From Camelus dromedarius (lineage: Eukaryota), in NCBI RefSeq assembly GCF_036321535.1, contig NC_087437.1:89220001-89284000 (forward strand): a DNA stretch of 64,000 nucleotides. Direction: 5' to 3'. The notes under the pieces were generated by a model. That model searched no databases. It saw nothing but the letters and a program-made list of their open reading frames with translations, and was not told the origin of the DNA. Below, piece after piece: positions 1 through 14,029 of the stretch. Made by a program: the position numbers and the translations under genes. Position 1 is the stretch's first letter, and the number at the start of each line of letters is the position of its first letter.

Positions 1-99
1 ACAGAATACAGAAATTCTTTAAAGAGAGCCATCCTATTCATACTGTTAGGGTCTACTAGCAGCAACCACAGTCAGCTGGTAGACAAAGACACCTTTTTC

Positions 100-1470
100 C
101 TTAAGCTTCAGATTATGCTTTCACATTTTTGTTTCTTGTATAATGACATGTGCACAGTCAAAGCAGTCAAGGCACTCAAGAAAACAATTCCATGTAAGTT
201 TAACCACAGAAACAGATAAGGAAGAGGCACAAAAAGATTTTGGATATTAAATATTAGACATAGAATATAAAATATCTAATATACATAACATATAAATATA
301 AAACTTATATATGAAAACTATTTTAAAATATATTAATATATATTTAAGCCAGAGAAAACCATTAAAAATAACAGTGAACTTAAAAATCATATTGAAATGG
401 ATTGTCTAGAAGTGAAAAACACATTAACTAAAAGTAAAATACTATATGGTTTTACACCTATTTAGACTAAACAGAAAACATAATTAGTAAACTGGAAGAG
501 AGGTCATTAAACATTATCCAGATTTGAGAACACATACCTATGAAAAATCCAATGGGAATAGAAGACGAATCTTTAAGGTCTAACATGCATATAAGTAGAA
601 ACTCAGAATAGAAGAGAGAAAGAATGGGAAAGACATGAAATGAAATGTGAACAATAATCACTAAGCATTTTCAGAACTGATGAAAATCATCAAGCTATAG
701 AATCAAAAAGCCCAATTTATTAGAAAAAAGAATAAGTAAAAAGGAATTCACACACAGACATGTTAAAAATATTGCAGAAAACAAAATACAACAAATTCTT
801 AAAGGAGCAGAGGAGGAAGCAGGCCAGATTATCTATCAGTAGTGAACAGTAAGTAGATCAACTTCAGTCCACAGACCATACTGAATAGTAGTAGAATTCT
901 ATAAAACACCCCCCGCACACACACAAACTCTATGATTTAATTTTTTAAATTTTGTTTAATAAGATATTTAGCAAGGTTTGTAGTTACAAGACCAATGAAA
1001 AAAGGTCAATGAGCACAAGTCAATTGAATTTCTTTTCATTAATAAAAAGTTGGAAATTTAAAATAAAGCATAACTTACAATACTTTAAAAATAAACACTA
1101 TTTAGAAGTAAATTCAATAAAAGTTATACAAGAGCTTTATTGTAAGGAATTAAATATTTATATAAAGCATTGGAAGACTCTATTCCACAAATTGACTTGG
1201 GGATTCAGTTGTCACTGTCAATGAAATCATAACCAGGTATTTTCTAGAAACTGATAGGCTGATTCTACATTTTAATATTAGAACAAGGAGCCAAGTAGAA
1301 GCAAAATTTTCCTATAAAAGAAGTCCAAGGAGGAAGAGGATATATTAGTAGTTTTATTAAATAAAAACATTATAGTATTGGTGATCAAGTACAAATAAAC
1401 TGACCATTTATTTGTGAAAATATAACAGAAATGGCATTACAGATCTTAAAGAAGAAGATGCACTATTCTA
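100..1470 (+). mobile_element. Ancient L1 (L1M-type) ORF1 and ORF2 remnants
   Basis: A-rich L1 ORF1-like text (cagaaaacataattagtaaactggaagagagg) and an ORF2 RT-region-like tract (aagatatttagcaaggtttgtagttacaagaccaat); heavily decayed, boundaries approximate. Confidence 0.7.
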
Positions 1471-1479
1471 GTATTTCTT

Positions 1480-2770
1480 GCTCCTTTATAAGATTCATCT
1501 GTCTGTCTTACTTTTGCTTTTGTATTCTTTGGTAGTTTTGTACATTTTCTCTCTCTTTTCTCTGGTTTTCAACAAAATTACTATGCTACATCTAGGTGTG
1601 GTTTGCTTTGCATTTATCTAAATTTGAGTTCATCGTGACTGATATCACTCAGCAAAATTCTGATAATTCTCAGCCATTGTATCTTCAAATATCGCATCTG
1701 TTTCATTTTTACTCTTTCTCCTCTGAGATTCCAATTACAAATATGATAGACATTTCATTATATCCTCCATATCTCTTGTACATTTTTATATATTCTTTTC
1801 ATCTCTCCGTGCTTTTGTCCTCAGCCATTCTCATGTCCCATAGCCCCATTTTCTAATTTTTGTCCAGCTTTGACTAATCTATTAATGTCATCCTTCACAG
1901 TCTTAATTTCTGTTATTTGTACGTTTCATCTCCAGGAGTTCCATTTGGTTCTTTTTGAAAGATCAAGCCTTCTGCCGGAATTATCAAATCCCTTTTGTAT
2001 TTTTTTAACATCTTAAGCAGAGTTCTGTTTGTTTAATCTACATTTAATACTTTCCTCATCTAGATTCCGTATGAATCTGTCTCTAACATCAAATTGTCTG
2101 GCTCTGTATGCATAATTACTTTTGATTAAGTGCTGGAAATTGTAGACAAAAATAGTAGAGATAACTTGACCTCTGACATAATATGAGTTCTTCACATTTA
2201 TATTTTCTTCTCCCAGAAAACTAAGGTCAATAGCAATCCCAAATCAACTTAATCGAAATTAGTTTGAGATAATTTAAAGCTGTGCTTCAGTCTTAGTAAG
2301 AATGGCATATTTCCAGTTAACCTGTACATTTAAGGTATAGAACTTTGCTTTTCTTTCACAGTGCCTGTTGCATTCATCAGTGCTCCTACTCCTTGGTAGG
2401 TTATGAATTTTATATTTTTTTTCCCTTTTAGCCTTGTAATTAAAGTTTCTCTCAAATTCTAAGCCCAGTAAGACAAAAAAAGAGGCCTCAAATGTTTATA
2501 TAAAAGTTTTTTTCCCTTTCAGATCCTGACTCTGCAACTGCTTATTACCATGTAGCTGTGTATCTTACAACATATGTTTTTGATATGGATTTTCATGATT
2601 TTCTATTTGTTCTTATTACATGGGTTTGTTCAAGGTACCTAATCCATTGTTATAGAAAAGATAAGGTAACTTTTTTTCTTGGATATGAAAACCAGTTGCT
2701 ACTCATAACATTTCACTACAGTTGAATTCTGTTTTACATAAATATATTTTAAGGCTATAAATGTCTGTAG
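1480..2770 (-). mobile_element. Ancient L1 fragment, antisense (ORF1/5' region)
   Basis: T-rich antisense ORF1 hallmarks (actatgctacatctaggtgtggtttgctttgcatttatc; ctcctctgagattccaattaca; gttccatttggttctttt). Confidence 0.7.
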
Positions 2771-3499
2771 GCTAAAAATTTTCTGTATTTTTACTATTTT
2801 TTTAAAATTTTGTTGCTACATGAGCATCCAAACAATATTGTTGCTAATATAAATTGATGATTCAGTTGAATTATGGACAAGTTCTACTAACTTTAACCAT
2901 TTACATTACTGCCCAGGTCTACTGATTGGTTTCAACAGAAAAATGTGTGCTCCAACATCTTCTGCTGACCTCTTCATTTTCTTAAAAACCAATTTACTTG
3001 CAGATAGGGACAAAAAGGCAGGGCATGCATACTGGTGAGAATTATGAAACAAAGATTAATGAACGGTGCTTGTCAAAGATTTGCTGAAGTCAAGTATTTT
3101 GCACAGGCTTCCTGATACAGCAGTCATGCATTCATTCAGTCTGTAGAGTTTAGGACATAAAAATGGAAGCCGGCCAGATGAGTGAGCTAAGGAAATGTGA
3201 GTGCTTGAATAGTAGCAATGCATTCCACATACTTCACCTTAATAAAGCCCGGCAAGTCACCCTTCTTAGACTTCATTTTCCCCTCTGTCAGCTGAATGTG
3301 GGTAACATTTCTAAGAGACAAAGGATAGGAATAATATGCAAAATACTTAAACTTTTAATTTACTCTGAACACTCTGACTTTTCAAGCATGCATACCACGG
3401 TGCCAACAGGCAATTTTAGAGAAATTAGTCTGCATTTAAAAGACTAACCATAGATACATTTTAAATGATCATATGTTTCTATTCCTTCTTGCAGTGCCC

Positions 3500-3623
3500 T
3501 AAGCAGACAACCCAGCACACCATGCTGCATTTCTGACCTAGAGTACTGTGAACTAATAAAACGAGTGTTGTTTTAAGCCATTGTGTCAGTGGCAATTTAT
3601 TTTGCAGTAAAAGAAAACTAACA
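3500..3623 (+). mobile_element. MaLR MLT1 LTR 3' end
   Basis: tttctgacctagagtactgtgaactaataaaacgagtgttgttttaagcca...gaaaactaaca matches the typical MLT1 terminus. Confidence 0.8.
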
Positions 3624-4169
3624 CACACAGAAATCATGCCTCACTTTTTTTAAATTTGAGGAATGTATTCACTTCTGTATTTTATTTTCCCCAAAGTCTA
3701 ATTTATTTATTATCTATAAAGAAAACATAGACATGCAGTATCACAGAACAATGCCTAGCGTTTTGCGAAGCATATTGAAAAGACTTGAATATCATTTACT
3801 CTTTATCAGTTGGCGTTTCTAACCCTCTAAGGCCCTTCATTTCTAGAATCTTTTATTTCCTTTCTTCTTGGCCAATTCTTGCCAGAGTTCATTTCATTTA
3901 GTGGAGGCATTGTAAAGGTAGTCAATAATGAGGAACACAACTACCACTATTGTTATTTTCAGCCTTTTCCCGTAGAGCCACAATTCAGTAGGCCCATGAT
4001 GTGCCTTCCAATTTATTATGGAAGATAATGTTATCAAATGTTTTACAGAGCAATAACAGTGTGCTATAGCCTTCCAGCTTGCTCTGTTTGTTTGTTCTCT
4101 GCCCATCAATTGACAGCAAATCCAGGGACAAGTTAAAGATTTTATGACAGAACTCTGTTTAAGGTACCA

Positions 4170-4615
4170 ATTACTTTAAAATGAGGCTAATTGCCAAAAC
4201 AAGAAAATCCTAAAATTTCAGTGACCTAACAGTAAAAGTTTATTTTTTGCTCATCTGATGTTTCAGTGCACTGCCAGATTGACAGGGTTAGAGGTGAGGG
4301 AAGGTGATGGAGGTAAACATGTTCGCCACACAATGATTCGTGGACCAAGGCTGCTGGACGTTATGCCATCTTCAGCAGTTAAACTCTGTGGTTTACCTGA
4401 GTGTCAATATCCAGCTGATGGATGAGGGGAAAGCATGTAAGAGGATTATAAGGGAAACGTTTTATGGGGTAGGCTATGTCAGTGGTGCAGTTATGTTTGC
4501 CAGCATTCCTTTGACTTGAGTTCAGTCACATGACCACCACCAGGAATGCTAGGCAGTGTAACCAAGCAGTGGATCCATTAAGGAGAGGGAGCAGTTTGGG
4601 GGATGAGACATGTTT
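4170..4615 (-). mobile_element. Old MaLR MLT1-type LTR
   Basis: aaaatttcagtgacctaacagtaaaagtttattttttgctca...cattcctttgacttgagttcagtcacatgacc pattern of antisense MLT1. Confidence 0.65.
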
Positions 4616-6399
4616 CTGTCTCAGTGTAACTTTCCATCTGTTCAAGCCTTTATTGAGTTAAATATCTTTCAGTTTTAAATGTTCTTCATTTCCTTAAGAA
4701 TTACAGATGTATGTTACCTGAGACATTTGTATAGAATCTATATGTTATAGTATGATTGTTTCTAAAATGATTCCTCGGGGGCAGGTGTAGACACATATAT
4801 GGATAATATGTTGATATGTTGATAATTGAACTAACAATTGTTGACATAAAAGTTTTAAAGCCTCCTCTGCAGTGCATAAGAATTAATATCCCCCAACGAC
4901 TTCTTTAGTTTACTAATTCATACCTGTTATCAAAATGATATTTTATAAACTAGACCATAAATAACAGATTATTTGAAGAAATATGAGTGATATTCCATTC
5001 TAACTATATATTTAAAATGAGTAAAGTGATATCCAAAGATGTTATGTAAAGACCTTTTAGATAAACTGTTTTTAGTATTTTATTGTGAAAATTAAAAGTT
5101 TACAAAAGTAGAAGGAATAGTACTGTGACCCCACCACCTATTCAGTATTATTAACACATGGCCAAAGAAGTATATTTTGAGTGAGTGATAACACTACATT
5201 TTTCTAAGGAATTGCAATTTTGGAATATTTTATTAGTCAAGGAGGATTATTTAACAGTCCCAAAAGTGCCATCATTGACTACATCCTTTAAAATTTGATG
5301 CTATAATAATTCAATGTGTAAATCATGAAATAACAGATTACCAATTCTGTGCACAAGACATAAAAGTGACTTCTATCTTTTACTTTTTTTGTAAATGTGT
5401 GATAGATTCTTTGAACTATATTATTATTTTCAATGCTTTTTGATTTGCCTGGCAATTCTAACTATTTTAAAAGCCGAAGTCCACACATCGTCTCAGAGGA
5501 AAGCTTTTTTCTAGTATCTACAAAGAAGAAACAGTTGAATGTGATGCTATCTTAACTCTCAAGGAATATACTAGTAAGATAATATAGTTAAAATAAATAT
5601 AATAGAAAATATTATAAATTCAATGGGAGAGGTACCAAAATTATGGGAGTTCAGAGGAGTTAACAGAGTACATGCATTTAGGTAAGTGAGGAAAGACTGT
5701 AAAAAATAGCATTTGATATGGGCTTTAAAGATTTGGAAAATACCCAGCCATATGAAATGAGAAAAATGTTCTAATCAGAAATGTGAATATATACATAGGG
5801 TATCTATTGGACTGTCCCTAAATAAGATGTTGAAGGAAATTTTCTTAATAATAGGATTTTCTGGTAATAAACATTGGCTTGACAAATTATTTGTAAATTT
5901 CATAAATATTTTAGAATATACAACTGTAAATTTACCAAATCTACTAATGGCACAGCATTTGCAATTGAGTGACATGACACAGAGACGGCAATCAACATCA
6001 GAAAGATAGTACAAAGCTATGTGATGAGACAGGAAATAGTGGCAATAAAGCTCAATATGGACCACACAGCTAACGATGGAGCCTCTATTCTAATCTGACA
6101 GGAAGCTAAAATACGTTGCCAGATATTTAACTAAAACACCTAGTTACTCACATTTTAAATTTAAAAAAATAGTGTAAATGTACACAGTTTATTTATATTT
6201 ATATTGATTTATTCATTTATTCAATAGTCAATTGCTAATGTCTGCCATCTAGGGAAGAGTCTCATAAGGATTAGAAGGAAGGAGCAGCTAAATCTAAATA
6301 CTGTATTCCAAATCCCAAGAATGGAATTAAAAGAGATTTGTTTGATTTCACTTCATGGTAATACTGTTCATCAAGTCTTTCAACTGTAATCTTATGAAA

Positions 6400-7200
6400 C
6401 GCATCTCTGATGTGTCTCTAAAAATCTCTTCTCTCTTCTCTCCTCTCACCGTTGCTGCCTCAGTTTCGGCCTTTATATTCTGCCACTTCAAATATTTTAA
6501 AACAAACTTCTAGCTGGTTTGTTTACAACCAGTTTATCTAGTTCTGTTTGACTTGTCATGCTGCCACTCCAGTTATCATACTTAAAATGCAAATAAGTCA
6601 TCCACTTACCAGTATTAAAATTCTGTTGGCACCCTGAGCATCTAGAATAAAATGCAAACCCTTGGCTAGGCTTAAAATGTAGGCATAAATTTTGCAGCAC
6701 AAACCTGATCTACATATTTCAACTTCATTTGCTACAAATCTCTCCAATCTTCTGACCCCATCATTTACACTGTGGTCCACGAAGCTTTTTACCACACCCC
6801 AGACATATTAGGCTCTTTCATAATCATATATCTTGGTACAATTTGTCCCCTTTGCCTGCATTTATCTCCCCCCTACTATTTTCTGTATTGAAGTCTTGCT
6901 ATAGTTGAAGATCCAGCCCAAATACCACTTCCTCATTGTGGTATTCTTTGTAATACACATGAAAAACTAATTGTCCTATTCTTTGTGCTCCCTTAGAACT
7001 GTATTATGTAACCAAATAGAACTTTTTTTTTTTTTTTTAAACCTCGTAATATAATGTTTCGGTTTCTGGGTCTCCTGTTTTACTCTAACAGGTAAAATAA
7101 CTTCAGCGGTCATTTCCATCTATGTTTTTTATTTTTATTAACACCTACGTAGTGCCCAGTAAAGAAGTACCAACAAACGCTAGTTAAGTAAATGAATACA
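6400..7200 (+). mobile_element. L2 LINE 3' portion
   Basis: Pyrimidine-rich L2 body ending in gtagtgcccagtaaagaagtaccaacaaacgctagttaagtaaatgaat (L2 3' terminus). Confidence 0.7.
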
Positions 7201-9509
7201 ATAAAACAATGTTGTGGTGGAACTCAGTTTTTATATGTTAATTGTAGAGTTTATATTTGCTACTTTTTCACTAATCAAGTTTATTTCTTTATTCTAGTGT
7301 TAAATACAGTAGCAAGGAGAAAAAGTCCAAATTTTGTAAACAAAATTAGTCCACAGTCATACATTTTCTTAACTACGGATGGAGTTTTGCCTGTTGAAGT
7401 AAAATACTCCCTCCTGTCCCACCAATTGTGATTTGTGCCTTCTTGTAATGCCAGTATAAGGGCAAGGTTTAAATATATGTTCTACATTTTTACTCTTGGA
7501 GACAGTAATTGAAAAAATCTATGGTGTTCTTGCTGAAAAGTCTCCACGAAAGATCAAAATAAACTCAAAAATTGGTGAAATATGGGAATTTTAAATGTAT
7601 TTTTTCCAGAGTGGCATTCAGACTTCAGAAACTTCTGTAATTAGAAACTTTTTATAGCTTTTGCTATTTATTTTATATAATACATTTGAAGTCTTAGATT
7701 TCTGTGTCTTTTGGACAGTGAGAGAGATACTTATTCAAGATGGGTGAAAAGCTGCACAATTTATTCTTCTATTTCTAGACTTCATTCTTGTTAGTATCAA
7801 CATTCCTCAGCAAAGTTCTAGAAATATAATTAATTGGTGCCCCTCAACCCTGCCACCCCCAACACAACTCCCTATATTTCTTCGCAGCTCTAAGTCTTCA
7901 CATACAGCTGAGAGTTCATACTATAAAGATGTAAAGTGGTGGTCGATAGAGGAGATGGGGAAGTATAAACCTGCCCTATCTGCCCAACTCTTACTTCTAA
8001 ACCAAATCTGCTTAATTATGAAGCTAAGGAAAGAAATTAGGAAAGACAAAATAGGGGTAAGTGAGATAAATGGTATGCGAATTTGTGTAACCTATTCTAA
8101 AGCAGTCTTGTAACCTCAGGATTGAAATAAAAAGCAATCTTTCTAAAATTATTCAGAGCCCTTATGACCCCATTCCACTGTGACTCAAACATCGTATTAG
8201 TTGTCTTTTTTAATTGGCTCCAAAAGTATTTGTGATATTCATTATATTTTGTTCAATGAATACTCAGTTATACATATTATTAACTATTATAAATATCAGT
8301 TTGTAAATTTTTATCCCCAGTCTTTCTAAATGGCAGTGCTTTTTTCTTTTGAATACTGGCATACTGTACAGAGCACAAAAGTGTGTCTAGAAGACTAAAC
8401 AGATTTTACATTATACCAATTATTCTCTCTAAATTAAATGCTATCAAATAAAACTCTTTAATATCCTTTAAACAATTTCTAGAAAATAGTACTGAAAAAT
8501 AATGAAACAGTATTAACTAAAACTTTTAAGAAAATTCTACCATTCAAAAATTTTAATGACTTTCAGATATACAGTTTTTAGTTCTTACTAATATAGGTGA
8601 TACACTCATAAGTATAATCATAACTGTAAATTTTGGTTGCTTAACACAATACTGCATGCATTTTCCATTTTCTAATATATGAGAAATCCTTTATTTGATA
8701 TATTATAATTTAAATATTCTCAATAAAATTTTATTTTATTTTAATTTTTAGATTTTGTAGGTAATGCTTCATAAAGGTAGAATTTTTTTGCTTGGAATTT
8801 TTTTTTTATCAATTCTTGTTAGAAAGAAAAATAGTAAAATACCTATGAAGAGAGTAAATTTATGTGTTTGATTTCAAGAGATTTTTTTTAAAATACATAA
8901 ACTGAAGATAAATTTGAATAATATGTATAGCTCTTGGTATATTAAATCAAGATATAGTAATTTATCATTTTATATTATATAATTATAATTAGTTTATTAT
9001 ATTAAGCAACCAATTATATTAGTCTTCTAATGTCAAAAAGTACATTAATTTAAAAAAGGATGATATATAGACACAAAGAACTTTTTCTGATATCTTGGGT
9101 GAGTTATTTAGACTCAGAAACATTTTGGTCTCCTTTATACGTAACATATACATGTCTGCTTTGCAGAGTTTTTGTTTGTTTTGAAGATTAAGTTTTTTAA
9201 AAAGTATAAAAAGGCTCTACTCTAATGCTTAGGAGATAATATAGGATCAAGACATTAAAAATGTGGGCACAATTGAAAAGTTTTTCTTTATAGCAATCGT
9301 ACCCTACTTTTTTCCAGATTTAAGTTAACTGGTAAGAAATTATGGCTTTTAATCTTCCTCTTTATTTCTAAAATGTTTCCTTTTTAATTTGTAGGATAAC
9401 ATATTAGCTTATCTTTTATAAATAAGATACTGATGTTTCAGTTCAGATAGGGGTAGTTTGTACTCTTGCTCAAGCATGCACTTTAGAAATTCATCGAGGC
9501 AGAAACACT

Positions 9510-9550
9510 ACTGTGATATCTCTAAAATGAGGGTAATTAGTAACCCATAG
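9510..9550 (+). mobile_element. MIR left part (split by L1 insertion)
   Basis: tctctaaaatgagggtaattagtaacccatag resembles the MIR core; it continues at ~17151. Confidence 0.5.
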
Positions 9551-10351
9551 CTTTTTACCTCTTTATTTTGAAATAATTATAGATTCACAGTAACAGTACA
9601 GAGATGCAAAGATAGTACAGAGAGTTCCCACGTAGCCTCCACCCAGTTTCCCTTCGTTGGTTACATTTTGCATATTATAGTACAAAATCAAACTGGGGAA
9701 TTGATCTAATCGATGTTGTTTTCTCACATATGTAGAGCAGTGTAACCACCACCAGTCAAGATGTTGAACTCTGGTACCACCTCAAAGATTTCCTTTTGCT
9801 AGCTTGTTATGTTTGCTAGCTTGTCACATCTGTCCTCTCCCTGCCCACCATCCATAACCCCTGACAACCACTGATCTGTTCTACATATCCATACTTTGTC
9901 ATTTCAAAAATGTTTTATAAATCGAATCATACAAGTTGTAACCTTTGAGACTGCGGTTTTTTATTCAGCATAGTGCCTTTGAAGTCTGTCCAAGTGTCGC
10001 ACACATCAGTAATTCACTCTTTTTCATTCTTGAGTTATATTTCATTGTATGTATGTGCTAGTTTGTTTATTCACCGATTAAAGGGCATCTGGATTGTTTT
10101 CAGGTTAGAGCTATTGCAAAGTTGCTATAAACAACTGTGTCTATTTTTGTGTGATCATAAGTTTTTACATCTCTGGGAGAAATATTCAGACACAATTACT
10201 AGTCATATGGTAAACGTATACTTAGTTTTCCCAGAATGGCTGAATCATTGTGTTTTCTCATCAGGAACATAGTAGGGATCCAGTTTTTCCACATCTTTGC
10301 AAGAATTTAGCATTGTTACTAATTTTTAGCTGTTCTGAATAGGTATGTTGT

Positions 10352-10889
10352 TGTACAGAAGAACTAACATAGCAGATTTGAGATTGCTGTTATTAAATTG
10401 CTTGTAAGGTTGGCCCTTGGCTGGCATCTTGGAACTTGGATTTAAAAAGGGTTCCCATCATTTCCTAATAAGAATGGCTCACAGTAGGGAAATTGTTTGT
10501 ACATTTTGGTTTATGTTGAACACCCGCTCTCCTTCCGGGAGTCCAGAATGTTGATAATATGCTAGGCAGAGTGTACCTGTATGACCAGGTTCCAATTAAA
10601 AACCTGGGCACCGAGTCTCTAATGAGTCTCTAATGAGCTTCCCTGATAGACAGCATTTCACATGTGTTGTCACACCTCATTGGCAAAGGAAGTGTATCCT
10701 GGGTGACCACACTGGGAGAGGACTGTTGTAGGCTCACAGCTGATTTCCACTGGAATTCTTTTCAAGCACATTTTCCCTTTGCTGATTGTGCTTTTTATCA
10801 TCTCACTCCAATAAATCATAGCTGTAGTTTGAATATATGCTGAATCAGTTCTAGTGAATCAGTGACCTGGTCTTGTGGACGCCAGCACA
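10352..10889 (+). mobile_element. Solo LTR, MER21-like
   Basis: TG...CA ends; tgtacagaagaactaacatagcag...aaggttggcccttggctggcatc; internal AATAAA; flanks gttgt/gtagt as a 5-bp TSD with 1 mismatch. Confidence 0.85.
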
Positions 10890-12271
10890 GTAGTAATATC
10901 TCCTTAGTCTTAATTTGCATGGCCCGACTGGCTAGTGATGTTCAACATCTTTCATGTGCTTATTTGCCATTTGTATAGCATCTTTAGTGAAATGCCTTTT
11001 GTTTATTTTTCAGATGGACTGTTTAGGTATTTTTTTACAAAGTTCTTTATATATCTTACATGTGAGTCTCTTATCAGATACATGGTTTGCAAATACTTCC
11101 TCCCAATCTGGAGTTTTTCATTTCATCCTTTTAACAGGGCAAAAGATTTTAATTTTGATGATACCCAATTTATTAATTTTTCATTTATGGATTGTACCTT
11201 TGAGGTTATGCTTATGACTACTTCACCAAAATCTATGCCCAAGAATATTTTCACATGGTTTCTTTTAAAATTTTTATAGTTTTACATTTTATATTTAACT
11301 CTATGGTCCATTTTAATTTTTGTATAACCTGTGAGACTTTGATAAAAGTTTTGGCCTATGGATGTCGATTGTGCCATCTCTATTTGTTGAAAATACTATC
11401 TTTCTTTCATTAAATTGCTTCTGCACCTTTGGAAAAAAAGGCTCTCTTATATAATGTTGCTTCTGGGTTCTCTTTTCTGCTCTACTGATCTACGCGTCTT
11501 TCTTTCCAACGATACCATGATTCGTGAGTACTATAGCTACATAAAAGTCTTAATATAGGGTAGAGTAATTTCTCCCACTTCAATATCCTTTTTCAAAATT
11601 ATTTTAGCTATTCTAATTCCTTTAACTTGAAACAGAACTTTGAGAATAATCCTGCTAAATCTACAAAAAGTCTTGCAGAAGATTTTGGTAAGAATTGTGT
11701 TAAACTGGTATAATGGTTTAAGGAGAACTGGCATCTTTACTATGGATAGTCATCCAATATATGGACAAATATGTCTCTCCAGTTACTTATATACTTTCTT
11801 TGATTTATTTTATTAGGATTTTGTAGTTTTCAATATATAAGTACTGTGCTTGTTCTTTTAGGTTAATATCTGAATATTTCTCTCTTTTTTTGAATAATTG
11901 TAAATTGTATTATATTCTTAAATTTTGATGTCTATCTATTCATTGCTAGTATAAAGAAATACAATTGATTTTTGTATATTTATCTTGTATCTTGAAAACT
12001 TGCTGTACCTTCTAATTAGTTCTAGGAATTACTTTTGTAGATCACTTCGGACTTCAGACAAAGACCGTATGTCATCTGCAAATAGGGACAGTTTTATTTT
12101 TTCCCTTCTGATCTAAATACCTTTTTTCCCCTTTATCTTCTGCTTTTATTATTTTTTTTTTTGTCTTTAATTTTCAGACTTTTGACTATGATGTCTCTTG
12201 GCATTGGTTTCTTTAGTTTTGTGCTGTTTGGAGTTTACTAAACTTCTTGAATCTGTTGATTTGTGTCTTTT

Positions 12272-12517
12272 AAAAATATGTTTTAAATTAAGTTATACTT
12301 AACATAAAATATTATGTTAGTTTCAGGTGTACAACATAGTGATTCAATATGTTTATACTTTAAGACATAATTGCCACAACAGATCCAGTTACCATCCATC
12401 ACAATACAAAGTTGTTACAAAATTATTGACTATATTCCCTAAGTGTACATCACATCTCCATGACTTATTTATTTTATAGCTGGAAGTTTGTGCCTTTTAA
12501 TCCTCTTCACCAATTTT
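12272..12517 (-). mobile_element. Truncated L1 3' end (L1MA-like) nested in the older L1
   Basis: gttagtttcaggtgtacaacatagtgattca; flanked by atctgttgatttgtgtctttt (12251-12271) and atctgttgtcaatttgtgcctttt (12518-12541). Confidence 0.8.
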
Positions 12518-13960
12518 ATCTGTTGTCAATTTGTGCCTTTTGCCAGATGTGGAAAGTTGTTAGCCACTATTTCTTTGAAAACTTTTTCAGCCTCACCCTC
12601 TTCTTTTTATGGATTACAATCATATGGTTGCCAAATCTTTTTTACTGTCCCACAAGTTCCTGAGGCTGTGTTCATTATAATTCCAGTCTACTTTGTGTAA
12701 GGTTAAGATGGGGTGATTTCTATTGTTTTAAGCTTTAAGTTCCCTGATTCTTTTCTTTTGTTTTTCTATTGTTAAGCCCATCATTTTGGGTTCTTTGTTG
12801 TTATTGTTACTATATTTTCTAGTTATAAAATTTACATTTGGTTCTTTATAGCATTTATTTTCTTGCTGATACTTTCCATTTCTTTGAGGATATATTCTAT
12901 TTTTGATTAGTTTTAATCTTGCTCATAATTGCTAGTTGAAATATTTTTATGATGGCTTTACAGTTCTTGTCAGATGTGTCCACTGTATCTGACATACATG
13001 CCAGTGATAATATCTATTGATTGGCTTTTTTCATTGAAGTCGAAATTTTCTTCGTTCTTTAGTTAAGTGATTTTCATTTGAAAATTGAGCATTTTGAGTA
13101 ATTTGTTATAAGACTCTGTATCTTAACTCTTTTATTTCTTTATGTTAACTAGTGTTTCTGACATCACTCCAGAAGGGGAAAGGGAGTGAGTAGTACCTCC
13201 TTACTTCCAGGTAGTTGTGGAAGTCCAAGTCCCCTTCTTGGCTACCACTGACACCTGGGGTTGGAGAGAGGGTTCCTCATTATTGCGTAGTGGGGAATGA
13301 GATTTTCAGCTGCCAATATGCCGCTGGGGAGGCCACAATAGCCTGGAGGGGCAAGAATCCCTGTTACTCCTCCTCACATGATTTCCACTGTCCCTGCTGG
13401 AAGACGGAGGGCTCATTATGAATTTTTTTTTCCACAATCTTTTGTAAAGTATTTTATCCAGAAATAAACTATTCATAAGTTTTATTTTTTAAATTAAAGT
13501 GTAGTTGATTTACAATGTTTTGTTAGTTTCTGGTGTGCAGCCTAGTGAGTCAGTTAAACATATATATTCTTTTTCTTATTCCTCTTTATTATAGGTTATT
13601 ACAAGCTATTGAATATAGTTCCCTGTGCTATACAGCAGGACCTTGTTGTTTATCTATTTTGTATATAGTAATTTGTATCTGCTAATTGCAAACTTCTAAT
13701 TTATCCCTCCCCTCACTTTCTCCTTTGGTAACCATAGTTTGTTTTCTATGTCTGTGAGTATTCTTCTGTTTTGTAAATAAGATCATTAGTGTCTTTTTTT
13801 TTTTTTTTTAGATTCCACATATAAGTGATATCACATGATATGTGTCTTTCTCTGACTTACTTCACTTAGTATGATAATCTCTAGGTCCATCCATGTTACT
13901 ACAAATGGCATTTCATTCCCCCCCTTTTTTTTTTGGCTGAGTTGTATTCCATTGTGTGTA

Positions 13961-14002
<42 letters not shown>

Positions 14003-14029
14003 ATCACAACTTCTTTTTTTTAACATATG

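Noticed and set aside
10613..10637. Short tandem duplication gagtctctaat x2 (similar cases at ~9796-9825 and ~41249-41275)
   Set aside because: Ordinary slippage micro-duplications without further structure
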